Source: an uncultured bacterium (GTDB lineage Bacteria > Omnitrophota > Omnitrophia > Omnitrophales > Aquincolibacteriaceae). Taken from it: a stretch of 64,000 nucleotides of DNA. The notes under the pieces are model-generated. The model did no database searches. It was not told the DNA's origin and saw only the letters and a list, made by a program, of their open reading frames with translations. Positions 38,919 to 48,762 of the stretch are shown one piece after another. The stretch is taken from the NCBI GenBank assembly GCA_964482725.1, contig CAYZYT010000012.1:1310-65309 (forward strand), read 5' to 3'. Every line of letters begins with the position of its first letter. Within the stretch, counting starts at the first letter, position 1. A program made the position numbers and the translations under genes.

Positions 38919-38958
38919 AAAAAAGCCCTCGAACCGGGCGGAGGGCTCTTTTTTATTT
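38919..38958. terminator. Probable bidirectional intrinsic terminator
   Basis: agccctc/gagggct stem flanked by A and T tracts. Confidence 0.6.
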
Positions 38959-39021
38959 TATAAAAAAACGACGGATCAAGCTGCTAAAGAATTTTTATTC
39001 TTTACTCTCAAACACACTTTA

Positions 39022-39519
39022 TCACTTTTTTCCGAAAGGTCGTGGAAAAAGATCCGTTTTCAGGCAAGTCACATGATCGATAAAAAGCACGCCGCTCAAA
39101 TGATCGACTTCGTGTTCCACACAAACAGCTTCGATCCCGACACTGACCTTTTCAAAGAATTCGCCGTGCTCATCCTGCCAGCGAAAACGTACCCACCGGT
39201 GACGCTTCAGATAAGCCGTGTAATCCGGCAGACTCATGCACCCTTCCTTGCGCGCTTCAGGCTCTCGCTTTTCAAGGATTACAGGATTGATAAGGATAAG
39301 ACGCTTCGCGCTGGGATCGCGTTTCGAAATATCCACGATCGCCACGGCCTTGGCCACTCCGATCTGCGGCGCGGCGATACCGATCCCATGCGGCTGGCTT
39401 TTCATCACACGGACCAAAGCAGCCACAAGCTTCAGGAGTGAACGATCGAACGCTGTGACCTCTTGCGCTTTTTTCCTGAGGATAGGATCAGGGAACGTCC
39501 GGATCGAGGAGGGCTTCAT
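39022..39519 (-). CDS. def: Peptide deformylase
   Basis: GIGIAAPQIG, EGCMS and HEVDHLSG motifs. Confidence 0.95.
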   Translation of the reverse strand: MKPSSIRTFPDPILRKKAQEVTAFDRSLLKLVAALVRVMKSQPHGIGIAAPQIGVAKAVAIVDISKRDPSAKRLILINPVILEKREPEARKEGCMSLPDYTAYLKRHRWVRFRWQDEHGEFFEKVSVGIEAVCVEHEVDHLSGVLFIDHVTCLKTDLFPRPFGKK

Positions 39520-39525
39520 CAGAGA

Positions 39526-40077
39526 TTATAAGGAAACACGTTCCAGAGGTTTGATCTGGATCTCGATCTTTAACCGCTTCGAGACCTTCCCCAAAAGAGT
39601 TTTGAGCTTCGCGAGAGTGACCTTGTCCGGCACATCCACTTCCAGAAGCATCGCATAGGTGGTCTTGGTTCCCTTGCCCAGGATCCGACTGTCGAGGTCT
39701 GTAATATTGACGCGCATCCCCGCCAAAGCGCGGCTTACTTCATAAACGATCCCAGTCCGGTCTTTACCGAACGCGGTGATCATTGAGGGAAAAGAACCCT
39801 TCGCATGTTTTTTCCCATGAGAGGCCGTCCCTTTCAGTTCTGTCATGTGACAATCCATGGACCAGGGGGCTTCCGTAAGCAGCTCCAGACCTTGCAGCAC
39901 ACGCACCCTAGTCGTCGACGCTGGAAGGCAGGCGGTCAGCATCATGGCGAACTGACCTTCCAGGAGGGTCATACTGATATCCTCAAGATTGCATCCCCGC
40001 GCGAACAAAAGGCCGCTAACCTTGGCAATAATGCCGGGTTTATCTTTACCGCTAACCGTGATCAGTATCTTTTTCAT
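39526..40077 (-). CDS. Tandem ACT-domain protein (GcvR-like)
   Basis: Two ACT repeats (GKDKPGII...CNLEDIS and GKDRTGIV...VNITDLDS). Confidence 0.85.
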   Translation of the reverse strand: MKKILITVSGKDKPGIIAKVSGLLFARGCNLEDISMTLLEGQFAMMLTACLPASTTRVRVLQGLELLTEAPWSMDCHMTELKGTASHGKKHAKGSFPSMITAFGKDRTGIVYEVSRALAGMRVNITDLDSRILGKGTKTTYAMLLEVDVPDKVTLAKLKTLLGKVSKRLKIEIQIKPLERVSL

Positions 40078-41696
40078 TCTCTCTTACCCCCAAGGATTTT
40101 AGAAAGCGCGCCTAGCCCCTGCTGGATCATTTGATCCTGCTCCGAAAGAGCCCCCTGCGATTGCGTGGTACCACCGAAGTTTACAAGCTTCCCGGCTTTC
40201 TTCCCCCCCAAAAGCCGCCCCACCCCGTTGCTTAAAAGTTGATTCGCCCCAGTTTGAAGCAGCCGTGATCCTAGATAGGAAAGATCCGGCTGGACCGTGG
40301 CGTCTGGAAAAACACCGCTGTAACGGAAAGGGATCAACACTTGACCATTCCGGTCCGCGATCAATTCCATTTCACGGATCTTTTTCATTAGGAAAGCTGA
40401 GATGGCCCGCGATAACAACAAATGGAGGGAACCGTCGACACGTTTGTCCGAGATCCTGTAGGTCCCCTGCCCAGACAATTGATAGTTGGGGTGCATCAGC
40501 CCGAATTCGCTGATCTTCACGATTCCCCCCTGCACCCCAAACGCCACTTGCAGGGACTGGAAGGGCGTGTCACGGTCCTTCAACATCTCACTCAATTCCG
40601 GAGGGAGTTCCGCATTCGTGATCGCGAGCACCGGAGAAAGACGGTCAAAAACTTCCTTAATGAGATTCCTGTTCCGGAGCGCCCCATCCCGAATCTCGAG
40701 CGTCCCCTGGCCCTTGAGCGATTGCTGGATCATCGCCGGGTTCGCGCCATCAAACGCAAGCTGCGCCTTGGCACTAAGACGACCGGTCACATAATCGCCT
40801 TTTTTATAAACTTCCGGGATCACCGATTCCATGTCCAGATCACGGACCTCTAGCGTCCCCTCAAAATGCGGGAGCGTGTTGATCACCTTGAGGAGGCCTT
40901 TGAACAACGCCTTGTCAGGACCGTAGCGAAGCTGAAGATCCAGCGATCGCGACCCAAGGTCCAAGTCCCCCTCCGCCTCCAGATTTCTATTGGCGGAGTT
41001 AAAAACAGAGGCCCCCGCGGAAAAATGGAACGGCTGCTGGGCGGAAGGCTGACGAACATCCGCTTCCAAGTTTTCTATTTTTAGTTTGAAGGCCGGCTCA
41101 ACCGTCTCATCGGCGAAGTGGATCGTCGCACCCCGCACGAGAATCTTCCCGATACCGAATTTCCACCCCTCAGAAACACTTCCCAGATTCTTCAACGAAA
41201 TACTCTCGGCTCCTTCCGCCGCCTCTGCCTCGGGGATAAGACTCACCTGGGAGAGCATGGGAACAGCCGCAGGAATGGGGGTTGCAGGTTTTTTATCGGT
41301 TTGCCAATTCCAAGTCCCTTCCCGGTTGCGCGTAAGAAATATCTCGGGACTCTGAATTATGACTTCGGACATGATGAAGTGCTTACGCCAAATCGAGGTC
41401 AGATCGGCTTCGATCCTGACCTGATCGCTTTGCAGGATCTTTTCGAGGCTTTGAGGATGATAAAATTTGAGGCCATCGACCCGAAGCTGCGGCTGAGGGC
41501 GCCACTGGAGCTTGATCGCGCCAAGCTCCACGCGAAAACCTGTCTGTCGGGTAAGATATTTTTCGAATTCCGCCCGGAACATATTGGGATCAAAATTCCG
41601 AAGAGCGAAGTAGCCCATTCCCCCGAGAATCACTCCGAGGATCAAGAGCACAACAAGAAATCCTCCCAGGAATTTCAGGAAACCTCGTACGACCAT
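40074..41696 (-). CDS. AsmA-family protein
   Basis: N-terminal TM anchor, PEIFLTRNREGTWNW motif and AsmA-like C-terminal region (LKGQGTLEIRDG). Confidence 0.8.
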   Translation of the reverse strand: MVVRGFLKFLGGFLVVLLILGVILGGMGYFALRNFDPNMFRAEFEKYLTRQTGFRVELGAIKLQWRPQPQLRVDGLKFYHPQSLEKILQSDQVRIEADLTSIWRKHFIMSEVIIQSPEIFLTRNREGTWNWQTDKKPATPIPAAVPMLSQVSLIPEAEAAEGAESISLKNLGSVSEGWKFGIGKILVRGATIHFADETVEPAFKLKIENLEADVRQPSAQQPFHFSAGASVFNSANRNLEAEGDLDLGSRSLDLQLRYGPDKALFKGLLKVINTLPHFEGTLEVRDLDMESVIPEVYKKGDYVTGRLSAKAQLAFDGANPAMIQQSLKGQGTLEIRDGALRNRNLIKEVFDRLSPVLAITNAELPPELSEMLKDRDTPFQSLQVAFGVQGGIVKISEFGLMHPNYQLSGQGTYRISDKRVDGSLHLLLSRAISAFLMKKIREMELIADRNGQVLIPFRYSGVFPDATVQPDLSYLGSRLLQTGANQLLSNGVGRLLGGKKAGKLVNFGGTTQSQGALSEQDQMIQQGLGALSKILGGKRE

Positions 41697-42139
41697 ACAC
41701 CCTCACCTTTTTTTTTGGCTTCCTCCTGGACTTTCAGAAACTTGGCCTTGCGACTGAAGTCCTGGGCTTCCGCGACTTTGGCAGCACCGATCTTTACCAG
41801 AAATTCATTAATAAGAACTTCCTGCTCATCAGGGATCTCGTTCAACTTCGCCGGAAATTTCAAATATTTCGCCTGAAGATAAGCGTAGGCGAACTCCTTG
41901 GCCCCCGGAGTGGAGTCGGCGATCAATTGGAACTTCAGGTCTTGCTTCTGAGCAAGCACCCGGAGGACCGAAATTCCCTCCGTGTCCATCTGGATCCCGA
42001 CCAGCACCACCTGCTTGCCGCTTTCAAGCGTCAGCGTTCCGTCCGGCCCGACCTCCGTCACGATCTCCGCGAAAAGAACCGAAGAAAAGACGCAAAGTCC
42101 CGGTAGGAGCAAAAAAAGCCACTTCATCCCTGATGTCAC
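41675..42139 (-). CDS. Secreted thermonuclease (SNase)-fold protein, probably inactive
   Basis: LINEFLVKIGAAKV and QEEAKKKGEGVWS match the SNase C-terminus, but the catalytic motifs are degenerate. Confidence 0.6.
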   Translation of the reverse strand: MTSGMKWLFLLLPGLCVFSSVLFAEIVTEVGPDGTLTLESGKQVVLVGIQMDTEGISVLRVLAQKQDLKFQLIADSTPGAKEFAYAYLQAKYLKFPAKLNEIPDEQEVLINEFLVKIGAAKVAEAQDFSRKAKFLKVQEEAKKKGEGVWSYEVS

Positions 42140-42591
42140 GACGCCCTGATCCTGCCATCGCTATAGTCAATCTCGGTTAATCCCAATTTCACGGTCCTGT
42201 ACTTTGTCCTAAGAGCCTTGAGCTGTTCTTGACCCGCAGGGTTGTATTGGTAAAAACGAACCTGTTCCTTTTTATTCAAAACCCCCGCGTCGCTATAAGC
42301 GCCGGGAATACCCCAAAACCACGACAGCGGATAGGTGAAGAGGTTAAAAAAAGCCATTCCCCAAAGCTGTTTTTCTTCAGACCCGGAAGCAAGGTAGAAA
42401 TGTCCCACACCGGGCAATACGTTCAGCCAGGCTGCCACCGACGGATCCTTGATCTGCACACGGCACGTGCTGACCTTATAAGACTTCAGCTCATACACCG
42501 CATTTTTCTCAGCGGGCGAAAGCGACATGCAACCGGAGAGCATCACAACCGTTATGAACATTCCGCTTAATTTCAAAAAATTCTTCGCCAT
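42136..42591 (-). CDS. Hypothetical lipoprotein with a TM2-like segment
   Basis: LSGC lipobox; AAWLNVLPGVGHFYL segment. Confidence 0.6.
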   Translation of the reverse strand: MAKNFLKLSGMFITVVMLSGCMSLSPAEKNAVYELKSYKVSTCRVQIKDPSVAAWLNVLPGVGHFYLASGSEEKQLWGMAFFNLFTYPLSWFWGIPGAYSDAGVLNKKEQVRFYQYNPAGQEQLKALRTKYRTVKLGLTEIDYSDGRIRAS

Positions 42592-42691
42592 TCGATCCTC
42601 CTGACGGGGTCTCGACTTCTCACGGGCTCTCCCCGAACCTTGTGAAAAATCTTTTTGTGAAACGTTTATCGATAAGAACCTAAAAAAAACA

Positions 42692-43099
42692 TTATGCCGA
42701 AAAGCGACGGTAGCGGATCATTTCACCACGGGCACCGATACGACCCTCCGGAAATGCGTTGGCTGAAAGTTCCGGCCAGTATTTAACATTGATCACTTCT
42801 TCAGCCTTGTAACGCTCTTTCGCTACTCCTCGTATTTTCTCATTCAAAAGCCCTTGAAGGTATTCTTCCTGAGACGGATTCTTTATAAAACCAAAAGAGA
42901 CCCATTCCCCAAGCTGCCCCGCAACACGCTTGTATTGAACCGGAGGCGCCTTGAGATCCACTTGGATCCATCCCAGCGATTCATACGGGATGGTCAGGCT
43001 TTTGCTGTCCTGTGTCACGACCATTTTCTCGACACGCGAACACCCGGCTAAAACAACAAGAACGGCCAAACTAAAAATTATTTTCCTTTGACGATCCAT
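42692..43099 (-). CDS. Hypothetical lipoprotein
   Basis: Start MDRQRK after GGAGAG; LAGC lipobox. Confidence 0.65.
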   Translation of the reverse strand: MDRQRKIIFSLAVLVVLAGCSRVEKMVVTQDSKSLTIPYESLGWIQVDLKAPPVQYKRVAGQLGEWVSFGFIKNPSQEEYLQGLLNEKIRGVAKERYKAEEVINVKYWPELSANAFPEGRIGARGEMIRYRRFSA

Positions 43100-43145
43100 G
43101 CGCTCTCCACTTTTTGATACTTTATTATACCTATTTTCGAGGGCT

Positions 43146-44483
43146 TTACTTACCGATCTTTTTCCGAAGCCAGGAAAGGGCCTCTTCCCTTGTCTTATGC
43201 GTTCCTTCCAGCTGAAGAACATAAAGCTCTTCCAGGATCGGCTTCATCTCCCGGCCGGGTTTCATGCCAAGCGCCATAAGGTCATGACCGCTCACGAGCG
43301 GCTTGGGTTTTAACTCCTCATGTTCGTATTCCTTAAGCTTGTCCCGTAGAAACGTGAGATTATCCAGCATCCCATGGCTGGCGGTGCAATCCACTCGATG
43401 AAGCTCCATTTCCTCTTCGAAACGCGGACGACTGATGAATTGCTTGAGCTTCCCAGCGCGCATCTTCTGCACATCCATGAATTTCATATGATTGGCCACG
43501 AATGCTGAAACCCCGTCGATCTCCTCGTTCGAAAAACGCAACCGCCGCATGATCGCGGAAGCGATCTTCACACCCTCTTCGGAATGCTCATAAAAAGTCA
43601 GACGGCCCTTGCGGATCGCGGAGGTCTTGGGCTTCCCGATGTCATGGAAAAGTGCCGAAAAAGCTAGAATGGTTGAGACCGGAGGATGAAGGTGCTCGAG
43701 GAGAAGTCGCGTGTGCTCATAGACATCCCCTTCCGGATGAAAATTCTCGGGCTGCTCCACGCCGCGCATCGTTTCCACCTCCGGAAGGATCTCTTTCATG
43801 AGCCCGGATTTCGAAAGGAGCACGAAGCCGCGTGCCGCTCCGAAGCGCGTGAAGATCTTCACAAGTTCCTCACGAATCCTCTCCGGACTCACTTCGTGGA
43901 TCTTGGAGGCGTGCTTACAAAGAGCCTCCCAAGTTTTCGTTTCGATCTCAAAACCAAGCGTCGAAGCAAAACGGACCGCCCGGAGAAGCCGCAGCTTGTC
44001 TTCTTCAAAACGGGCTGCAGGATCACCGATCGCGCGTATCACCTTTCGGGGCAGATCCTTCAGCCCTTCCACAAAGTCAATCACCTTCTCCTCGAAGGGA
44101 TCATAGAACATGCCGTTCACGGTGAAATCACGCCGCCTGGCATCTTCCTCAGGCTGGGTAAATGCAACATGGGTGGGATGCCGGCCGTCCTGGTATCCCC
44201 CTTCGCAACGGAAGGTCGCGACTTCAAAGGGAGTCTCTTCTTCGACCACGATCATCACGCCAAATTGCTTGCCGACGGGAATCGTCCGGCGGAAGATCTT
44301 TTCAACCTCTTCAGGCGTCGCGGTCGTGGCGATATCAAAATCCTGGGGTTTCTGGCCTCGCAAATAGTCCCGGACACACCCCCCCGCAAAATACGCGGTG
44401 AATCCTTTATCTTTCAAGGTCTGAGCGATCGCGCGTGCCAGCCGCCCTTTCGGCTCACTTAAATCCATCGGTCCCGATTCCAT
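43146..44483 (-). CDS. cca: CCA tRNA nucleotidyltransferase with HD domain
   Basis: GGCVRD, DFDIAT, RRDFTVN, EDKLRLLRAVRF and HDIGK motifs. Confidence 0.92.
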   Translation of the reverse strand: MESGPMDLSEPKGRLARAIAQTLKDKGFTAYFAGGCVRDYLRGQKPQDFDIATTATPEEVEKIFRRTIPVGKQFGVMIVVEEETPFEVATFRCEGGYQDGRHPTHVAFTQPEEDARRRDFTVNGMFYDPFEEKVIDFVEGLKDLPRKVIRAIGDPAARFEEDKLRLLRAVRFASTLGFEIETKTWEALCKHASKIHEVSPERIREELVKIFTRFGAARGFVLLSKSGLMKEILPEVETMRGVEQPENFHPEGDVYEHTRLLLEHLHPPVSTILAFSALFHDIGKPKTSAIRKGRLTFYEHSEEGVKIASAIMRRLRFSNEEIDGVSAFVANHMKFMDVQKMRAGKLKQFISRPRFEEEMELHRVDCTASHGMLDNLTFLRDKLKEYEHEELKPKPLVSGHDLMALGMKPGREMKPILEELYVLQLEGTHKTREEALSWLRKKIGK

Positions 44484-44535
44484 GTCTCTCCGTTTGGGTA
44501 GTAGAGTAATATGGTCTTTTTAGTTTTCCAGATCC

Positions 44536-44618
44536 GTCATGCTGAGCTTGCCCCGTTTTACGGGGCGCGCGAAGCATCACGAACGAGATCCTTCGCCCTC
44601 TTCGGGACTCAGGATGAC
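44536..44618. repeat. REP-like element, copy 2
   Basis: gtcatgctgag...ctcaggatgac terminal inverted repeats. Confidence 0.85.
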
Positions 44619-44646
44619 GAAATATTCAAAAACAGGTACTCGCTAT

Positions 44647-44982
44647 TTAGACGCTAAAAAAATCGCGGGCAGCTTTGTCTCCTGCGGCTTTTTGATAATC
44701 CAGATAATCGATCAAGAGAAGATCAGGCCGCTTCTCGGCCAACCTCCTGGCGAGTTGGAACCGCTCTGAGGGATGCGTCTCAAGACGCCGGCTTGCGATA
44801 TACTTGAACACCGTCCCACATTGGGGGCAGGCCTTCGTATCGTAAGCGTTAATCCCAAGCTCATTGCAGGAAGCACAATTCCCCGAAAGATCCCCGATGA
44901 TCAAAAGACTTTTTTTGACCTCTTCAAGAATGAACGCCTTGTAGGTACGCAGATAATGCTGGGCCATGGATTCCTCACTCAT
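44647..44982 (-). CDS. Hypothetical zinc-ribbon protein
   Basis: CASC and CPQC pairs. Confidence 0.65.
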   Translation of the reverse strand: MSEESMAQHYLRTYKAFILEEVKKSLLIIGDLSGNCASCNELGINAYDTKACPQCGTVFKYIASRRLETHPSERFQLARRLAEKRPDLLLIDYLDYQKAAGDKAARDFFSV

Positions 44983-44992
44983 TAATAAACCC

Positions 44993-45065
44993 GTCATTCT
45001 GAGCCCAAATGGCGAAGAATCTCACAACGAGATCCCTCTCCCGCTCCCGGCGGGATCAGGATGAC
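44993..45065. repeat. REP-like element, copy 3
   Basis: gtcattctgag...tcaggatgac. Confidence 0.85.
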
Positions 45066-45074
45066 GCTAACGCA

Positions 45075-45557
45075 TCACTTCTTAAAAACAAGATCGCCGG
45101 CACGGACTCGAGACTTCACTTCAACGCCAAAATCATCGCCTTTTTTTGCGATCAGAACCGGCTGATGATCGATCTGCATGGAAATAACCTTTTGCTTAAA
45201 ATCCGTGGTATGGCCCTTAAACAGCAACTCATCCCCGATCCGGATCTCCCCGGTCTTGATCTTGAGCACGGCAGCATTCACATGCGAAAAAAAATGCGTC
45301 ACCTCGGCCGTCGGCAGGGCCGCCAGCGCAACCCGGACCATTCTCGGCTGCTTCTTCGCCGGTTTTTTCTTCTTCGCGGATTTCGTCTTGGCTTTCGCTG
45401 AAACTTTTTTAACAGCCTTCTTTTTAGTCGGTTTGGCTACTTTCCTCTTGGCGGGCTTGGCCACTTTTTTCCTAGCGGCTTTCCCTTTGGCTTTTGCGAC
45501 CTTCTTGGACTTGGGCGAACCGAAAAGCGCTTTTCCGATCTTCTTGAGAAATTTCAT
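45075..45557 (-). CDS. Lys/Ala-rich tail fused to a translation-factor-like beta-barrel
   Basis: Histone H1-like KAK repeats followed by VTHFF...IGD...GHTTDFKQKVISMQIDH...VRAGDLVF. Confidence 0.7.
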   Translation of the reverse strand: MKFLKKIGKALFGSPKSKKVAKAKGKAARKKVAKPAKRKVAKPTKKKAVKKVSAKAKTKSAKKKKPAKKQPRMVRVALAALPTAEVTHFFSHVNAAVLKIKTGEIRIGDELLFKGHTTDFKQKVISMQIDHQPVLIAKKGDDFGVEVKSRVRAGDLVFKK

Positions 45558-45597
45558 GGTTTTTCCTCCCAATATTGAGAAACCCTAACACAATGCC

Positions 45598-45658
45598 GTC
45601 ATCCTGAGCCAAGCGAGGAATCTTGTTGAGATTCTTTGGCCTACGGCCTCAGAATGAC
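45598..45658. repeat. REP-like element, copy 4
   Basis: gtcatcctgag...ctcagaatgac. Confidence 0.85.
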
Positions 45659-45685
45659 GCGTTTCGAGTGAGCCTCTAAAAATGT

Positions 45686-46768
45686 TTACGTATCTTTTCC
45701 CAACGCGATCTCTTTAGGCGCCGGAGCCACAACCTGGCCCTGATGTTGTTCCAGGACATTCAGCCGGTTCCGTAATTTTTGGAACCGCTGCTCCGTTTTT
45801 TCATACGCCGTACGGGCATGCGCCAGATGCCCACCGATCTTTTCAAAATCCGTCAGGCACTGCTCCAGGTCAACTTCCAACTGGCCCAAGTTCTCCAAGA
45901 TGATCTGAGCCGAGCGCTCGATCCTCATCCCTTTGAGTCCGCGTACGATCGACTGGAGATACACATAAAAACTGTTCGGCGAGACGGGGATGACCTTGCG
46001 TTTCATGGCATACGCTGAAAGGCTTTCATTCTGAGCATCGTCCTTGATGATCGTTTCATAATAAATACTCTCGGAAGGAATGTACATAAGCGCGAACTCG
46101 AAGGTGCCTTCTTCGGGCAAAATATATTTCGAACCGATGTCATCAATGTGTTTTTTGACGTCCCGCCAGAATCCCTTGCGCGCTTCCCCTTGTTTTTCGT
46201 CGCTCCCCGCTTCCAGAATTCGCTTGAAATTCTCAAGCGGGAATTTCGCATCCACCGGGATCAATCCTTCGCCGAGCCGGATGATGGCGTCCACCTGGGA
46301 GCCGTTCGCAAAGCGGTACTGAAGAGCAAAATGGTCTTCCGGCAGGATCTGGCGCAAAAGTTCCGCGAGGAGTAGCTCCCCCATGCCTCCGCGAAGCTTC
46401 GGAGCCCGGAGAATATCATGCAGCGAAGAGATGTCCTTCCCAATATCCATCATGGACTGCGTGGCGTGCTGCAGAACACCCAACCGATGCTGGACATCGC
46501 CCATGACCTGACGGTAATTCTGCTGATTTTCCTGAAGGAACTGGGTGTTCTGCTTCATCTGATCGTTCATCTGGCGCGCGAGAGTCTGGATCTGGTCCTG
46601 CAGCGTCGTATTGAGATTATGGAGTTCCTGCTGGAGCTGGAGGAATGGCTGGAAGGTCTTGTCGTCTGCGGAGGTTCGTTTCGACAGATGCTGAAAAAAC
46701 CAAAAGACCGCAATAAAAGCGCAAAGGGAAGCTGCCACCGTGATGAGCACTAAAAGGGACGCGTTCAT
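45686..46768 (-). CDS. rmuC: DNA recombination protein RmuC
   Basis: TM anchor and coiled coil; PKLRGGMGE, VDAKFP, KYILP and MYIPSE motifs. Confidence 0.92.
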   Translation of the reverse strand: MNASLLVLITVAASLCAFIAVFWFFQHLSKRTSADDKTFQPFLQLQQELHNLNTTLQDQIQTLARQMNDQMKQNTQFLQENQQNYRQVMGDVQHRLGVLQHATQSMMDIGKDISSLHDILRAPKLRGGMGELLLAELLRQILPEDHFALQYRFANGSQVDAIIRLGEGLIPVDAKFPLENFKRILEAGSDEKQGEARKGFWRDVKKHIDDIGSKYILPEEGTFEFALMYIPSESIYYETIIKDDAQNESLSAYAMKRKVIPVSPNSFYVYLQSIVRGLKGMRIERSAQIILENLGQLEVDLEQCLTDFEKIGGHLAHARTAYEKTEQRFQKLRNRLNVLEQHQGQVVAPAPKEIALGKDT

Positions 46769-46791
46769 GAGCGGATTATAGCTTAAAGAAG

Positions 46792-46880
46792 GACTCCAGA
46801 CCAGAGACAAGAGACTGTAGACAAAAAAGCAATAGCCGCTGGCCTTTAGTCTGTAGTCTCCAGTCTCAAGTCTCTCGTCT
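46792..46880. repeat. Inverted heptamer repeat element (intergenic)
   Basis: (cagagac/agagact) units facing (agtctcc/agtctca) units; same family as 25679-25761. Confidence 0.7.
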
Positions 46881-48625
46881 TATTTAATGAACGTAATATT
46901 AATGTCCTCACGATGCGCCGTCGGCTCGGAGTAGATCGAAATGCGACTGCCGGTGTTCTTCTCCAGAAAACGCAGCGCCTTTTTTTCCTGCAGAAGCAAA
47001 CGTTCCGAGACATCCGGATGCACATACGCGTTCACAATACGGTCCCGGGAATCCTTCAGAGATTTACGCAGTTCCCGGATCACCTGGATCGCCATCGTAG
47101 CGGTCGATTTGATATTGCCCTTGCCCTCACAATACGGGCAGGTGTCATAGACCGCGCTTTCAAGCGACGGACGCATCCTCTGGCGCGTCATCTGGATCAA
47201 CCCGAGCTCGGAAACCTGCACCAGATGGGTCTTGGCGCGATCCTTGCTCACCGCCTCTTTAAAGATATTAAAGAGATTGCGACGGTGCTGTCCCTGCTCC
47301 ATATCGATAAAATCGATCACGATAATACCGCCAACGTCACGAAGCCGGAGCTGGCGCGCGATCTCCTGTGCGGCCTCAACGTTGTTCTTATACACCGTTT
47401 CCTCAAGCCCCTTGTTGTTCCCGGTAAATTTTCCGGTATTCACGTCGATCGCCACGAGGCTTTCGGTCTGCTCGATCACGACCGATCCTCCCGACTTCAG
47501 GTGGACATTCTTCTGAAACGTCCGCTCGATCTCTTTTTCGATGCCGTGACGTTCAAAGAGACTTCCCTTTTCCTTCGCGAACTCGATATTCAGGTCCTGC
47601 CCCGGCATATACACGGAAGTGAACCTCTTGAGTTTCTTGAAGATCTCGGGATGATCCACCACGATCTTGGTGGTTTCCTCGTTCACGTAATCGCGGACCA
47701 CGCGCTCCACCAGACCGAGCTCCTGGTGGATCATGACCGGGGCTTTCTTGGCGGAAATCATGCCGTGGATCTTTTTCCAAAGTCGTATGAGATAGCGGAT
47801 ATCACGCGTAAAATCCGCGTCACTTTTCCCTTCGGCATTCGTACGCACAATGAAGCCCACGCCTTTGGGGATCTCCAAGCTGCGAAAAATTCCACGGATA
47901 CGGTCGCGCTCCGAACGGCTCTCCACGCGTCGCGAAATACCGATCTTTGACTCGCCCGGCATCATCACAAGATAACGGGCCGGGATCGAGAATTGCGTCG
48001 TAAGGCGCGGCCCCTTGTTCCCAAGCGACTCTTTCACAACCTGCACAATAACTTTTTGACCCACTTTCAGGACCTCTTCGATCCTGGGTTTGCGCTGATG
48101 AGGCGTATGTTGATGCGAGGGCTGATTCCGACCGCCTTGGCGGCCACCTTGATGATGCCGTCCGCCGCGGCCTCGATCCCGCCCATGCCGTCCCTGACCT
48201 CGTCCTTGCCCATGAGGCTGCCCATGAACGGGCACGGCGGCTTGCGCATGTCCTGCGACCGGAGCGGCCACAGAGACCGAAGGCGGCGCTTGGATATTAC
48301 CTTCGATCACGACACCTTCGGGCGGCTTTACTTCCGTCACGGTTCCTTCTGTTTTCTTCTCCTCACCGTCATCGAATTCCGCGTCAAGATCCAGCGGTGA
48401 ACGGAGGGCGTCGCCGACATAAAGAAAACCATCTTTCCCGGTCCCGATATCCACGAATGCGGCATCGATCCCCGGGATCACGGTCTTCACGATCCCTTCG
48501 TAGATATTCCCAAAAAGCTTCTTCGAATCCCCTCGTTCGATATAGAATTCTTCCAGCCGGCCGTCTTCAAGAATGGCGACTTGTTTTTCGTTAGCGTCTT
48601 GTGAAATTAATATTTGTCTTTCCAT
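46880..48625 (-). CDS. Rne/Rng family ribonuclease
   Basis: GNIYEG, AAFVDIG, KGPRLTT, AIDVNTG, LRLRDVGGIIVIDFIDM and CPYCEG motifs. Confidence 0.95.
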   Translation of the reverse strand: MERQILISQDANEKQVAILEDGRLEEFYIERGDSKKLFGNIYEGIVKTVIPGIDAAFVDIGTGKDGFLYVGDALRSPLDLDAEFDDGEEKKTEGTVTEVKPPEGVVIEGNIQAPPSVSVAAPVAGHAQAAVPVHGQPHGQGRGQGRHGRDRGRGGRHHQGGRQGGRNQPSHQHTPHQRKPRIEEVLKVGQKVIVQVVKESLGNKGPRLTTQFSIPARYLVMMPGESKIGISRRVESRSERDRIRGIFRSLEIPKGVGFIVRTNAEGKSDADFTRDIRYLIRLWKKIHGMISAKKAPVMIHQELGLVERVVRDYVNEETTKIVVDHPEIFKKLKRFTSVYMPGQDLNIEFAKEKGSLFERHGIEKEIERTFQKNVHLKSGGSVVIEQTESLVAIDVNTGKFTGNNKGLEETVYKNNVEAAQEIARQLRLRDVGGIIVIDFIDMEQGQHRRNLFNIFKEAVSKDRAKTHLVQVSELGLIQMTRQRMRPSLESAVYDTCPYCEGKGNIKSTATMAIQVIRELRKSLKDSRDRIVNAYVHPDVSERLLLQEKKALRFLEKNTGSRISIYSEPTAHREDINITFIK

Positions 48626-48663
48626 GACCTTCTCGATCCTTTCGTTTATTCCATTTAAATGCC

Positions 48664-48762
48664 GTCATTCTGAGTCTGCTGTCCCGCCGCTGGCGGGACA
48701 AGCATCAGGCGAAGAATCTCAAAGCGAGATCCTTCTTCCGCCCTCGGCGGAATCAGGATGAC
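48664..48762. repeat. REP-like element, copy 5, with nested micro-palindromes
   Basis: gtcattctgag...tcaggatgac containing gtcccgccgctggcgggac and ttccgccctcggcggaa. Confidence 0.85.
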
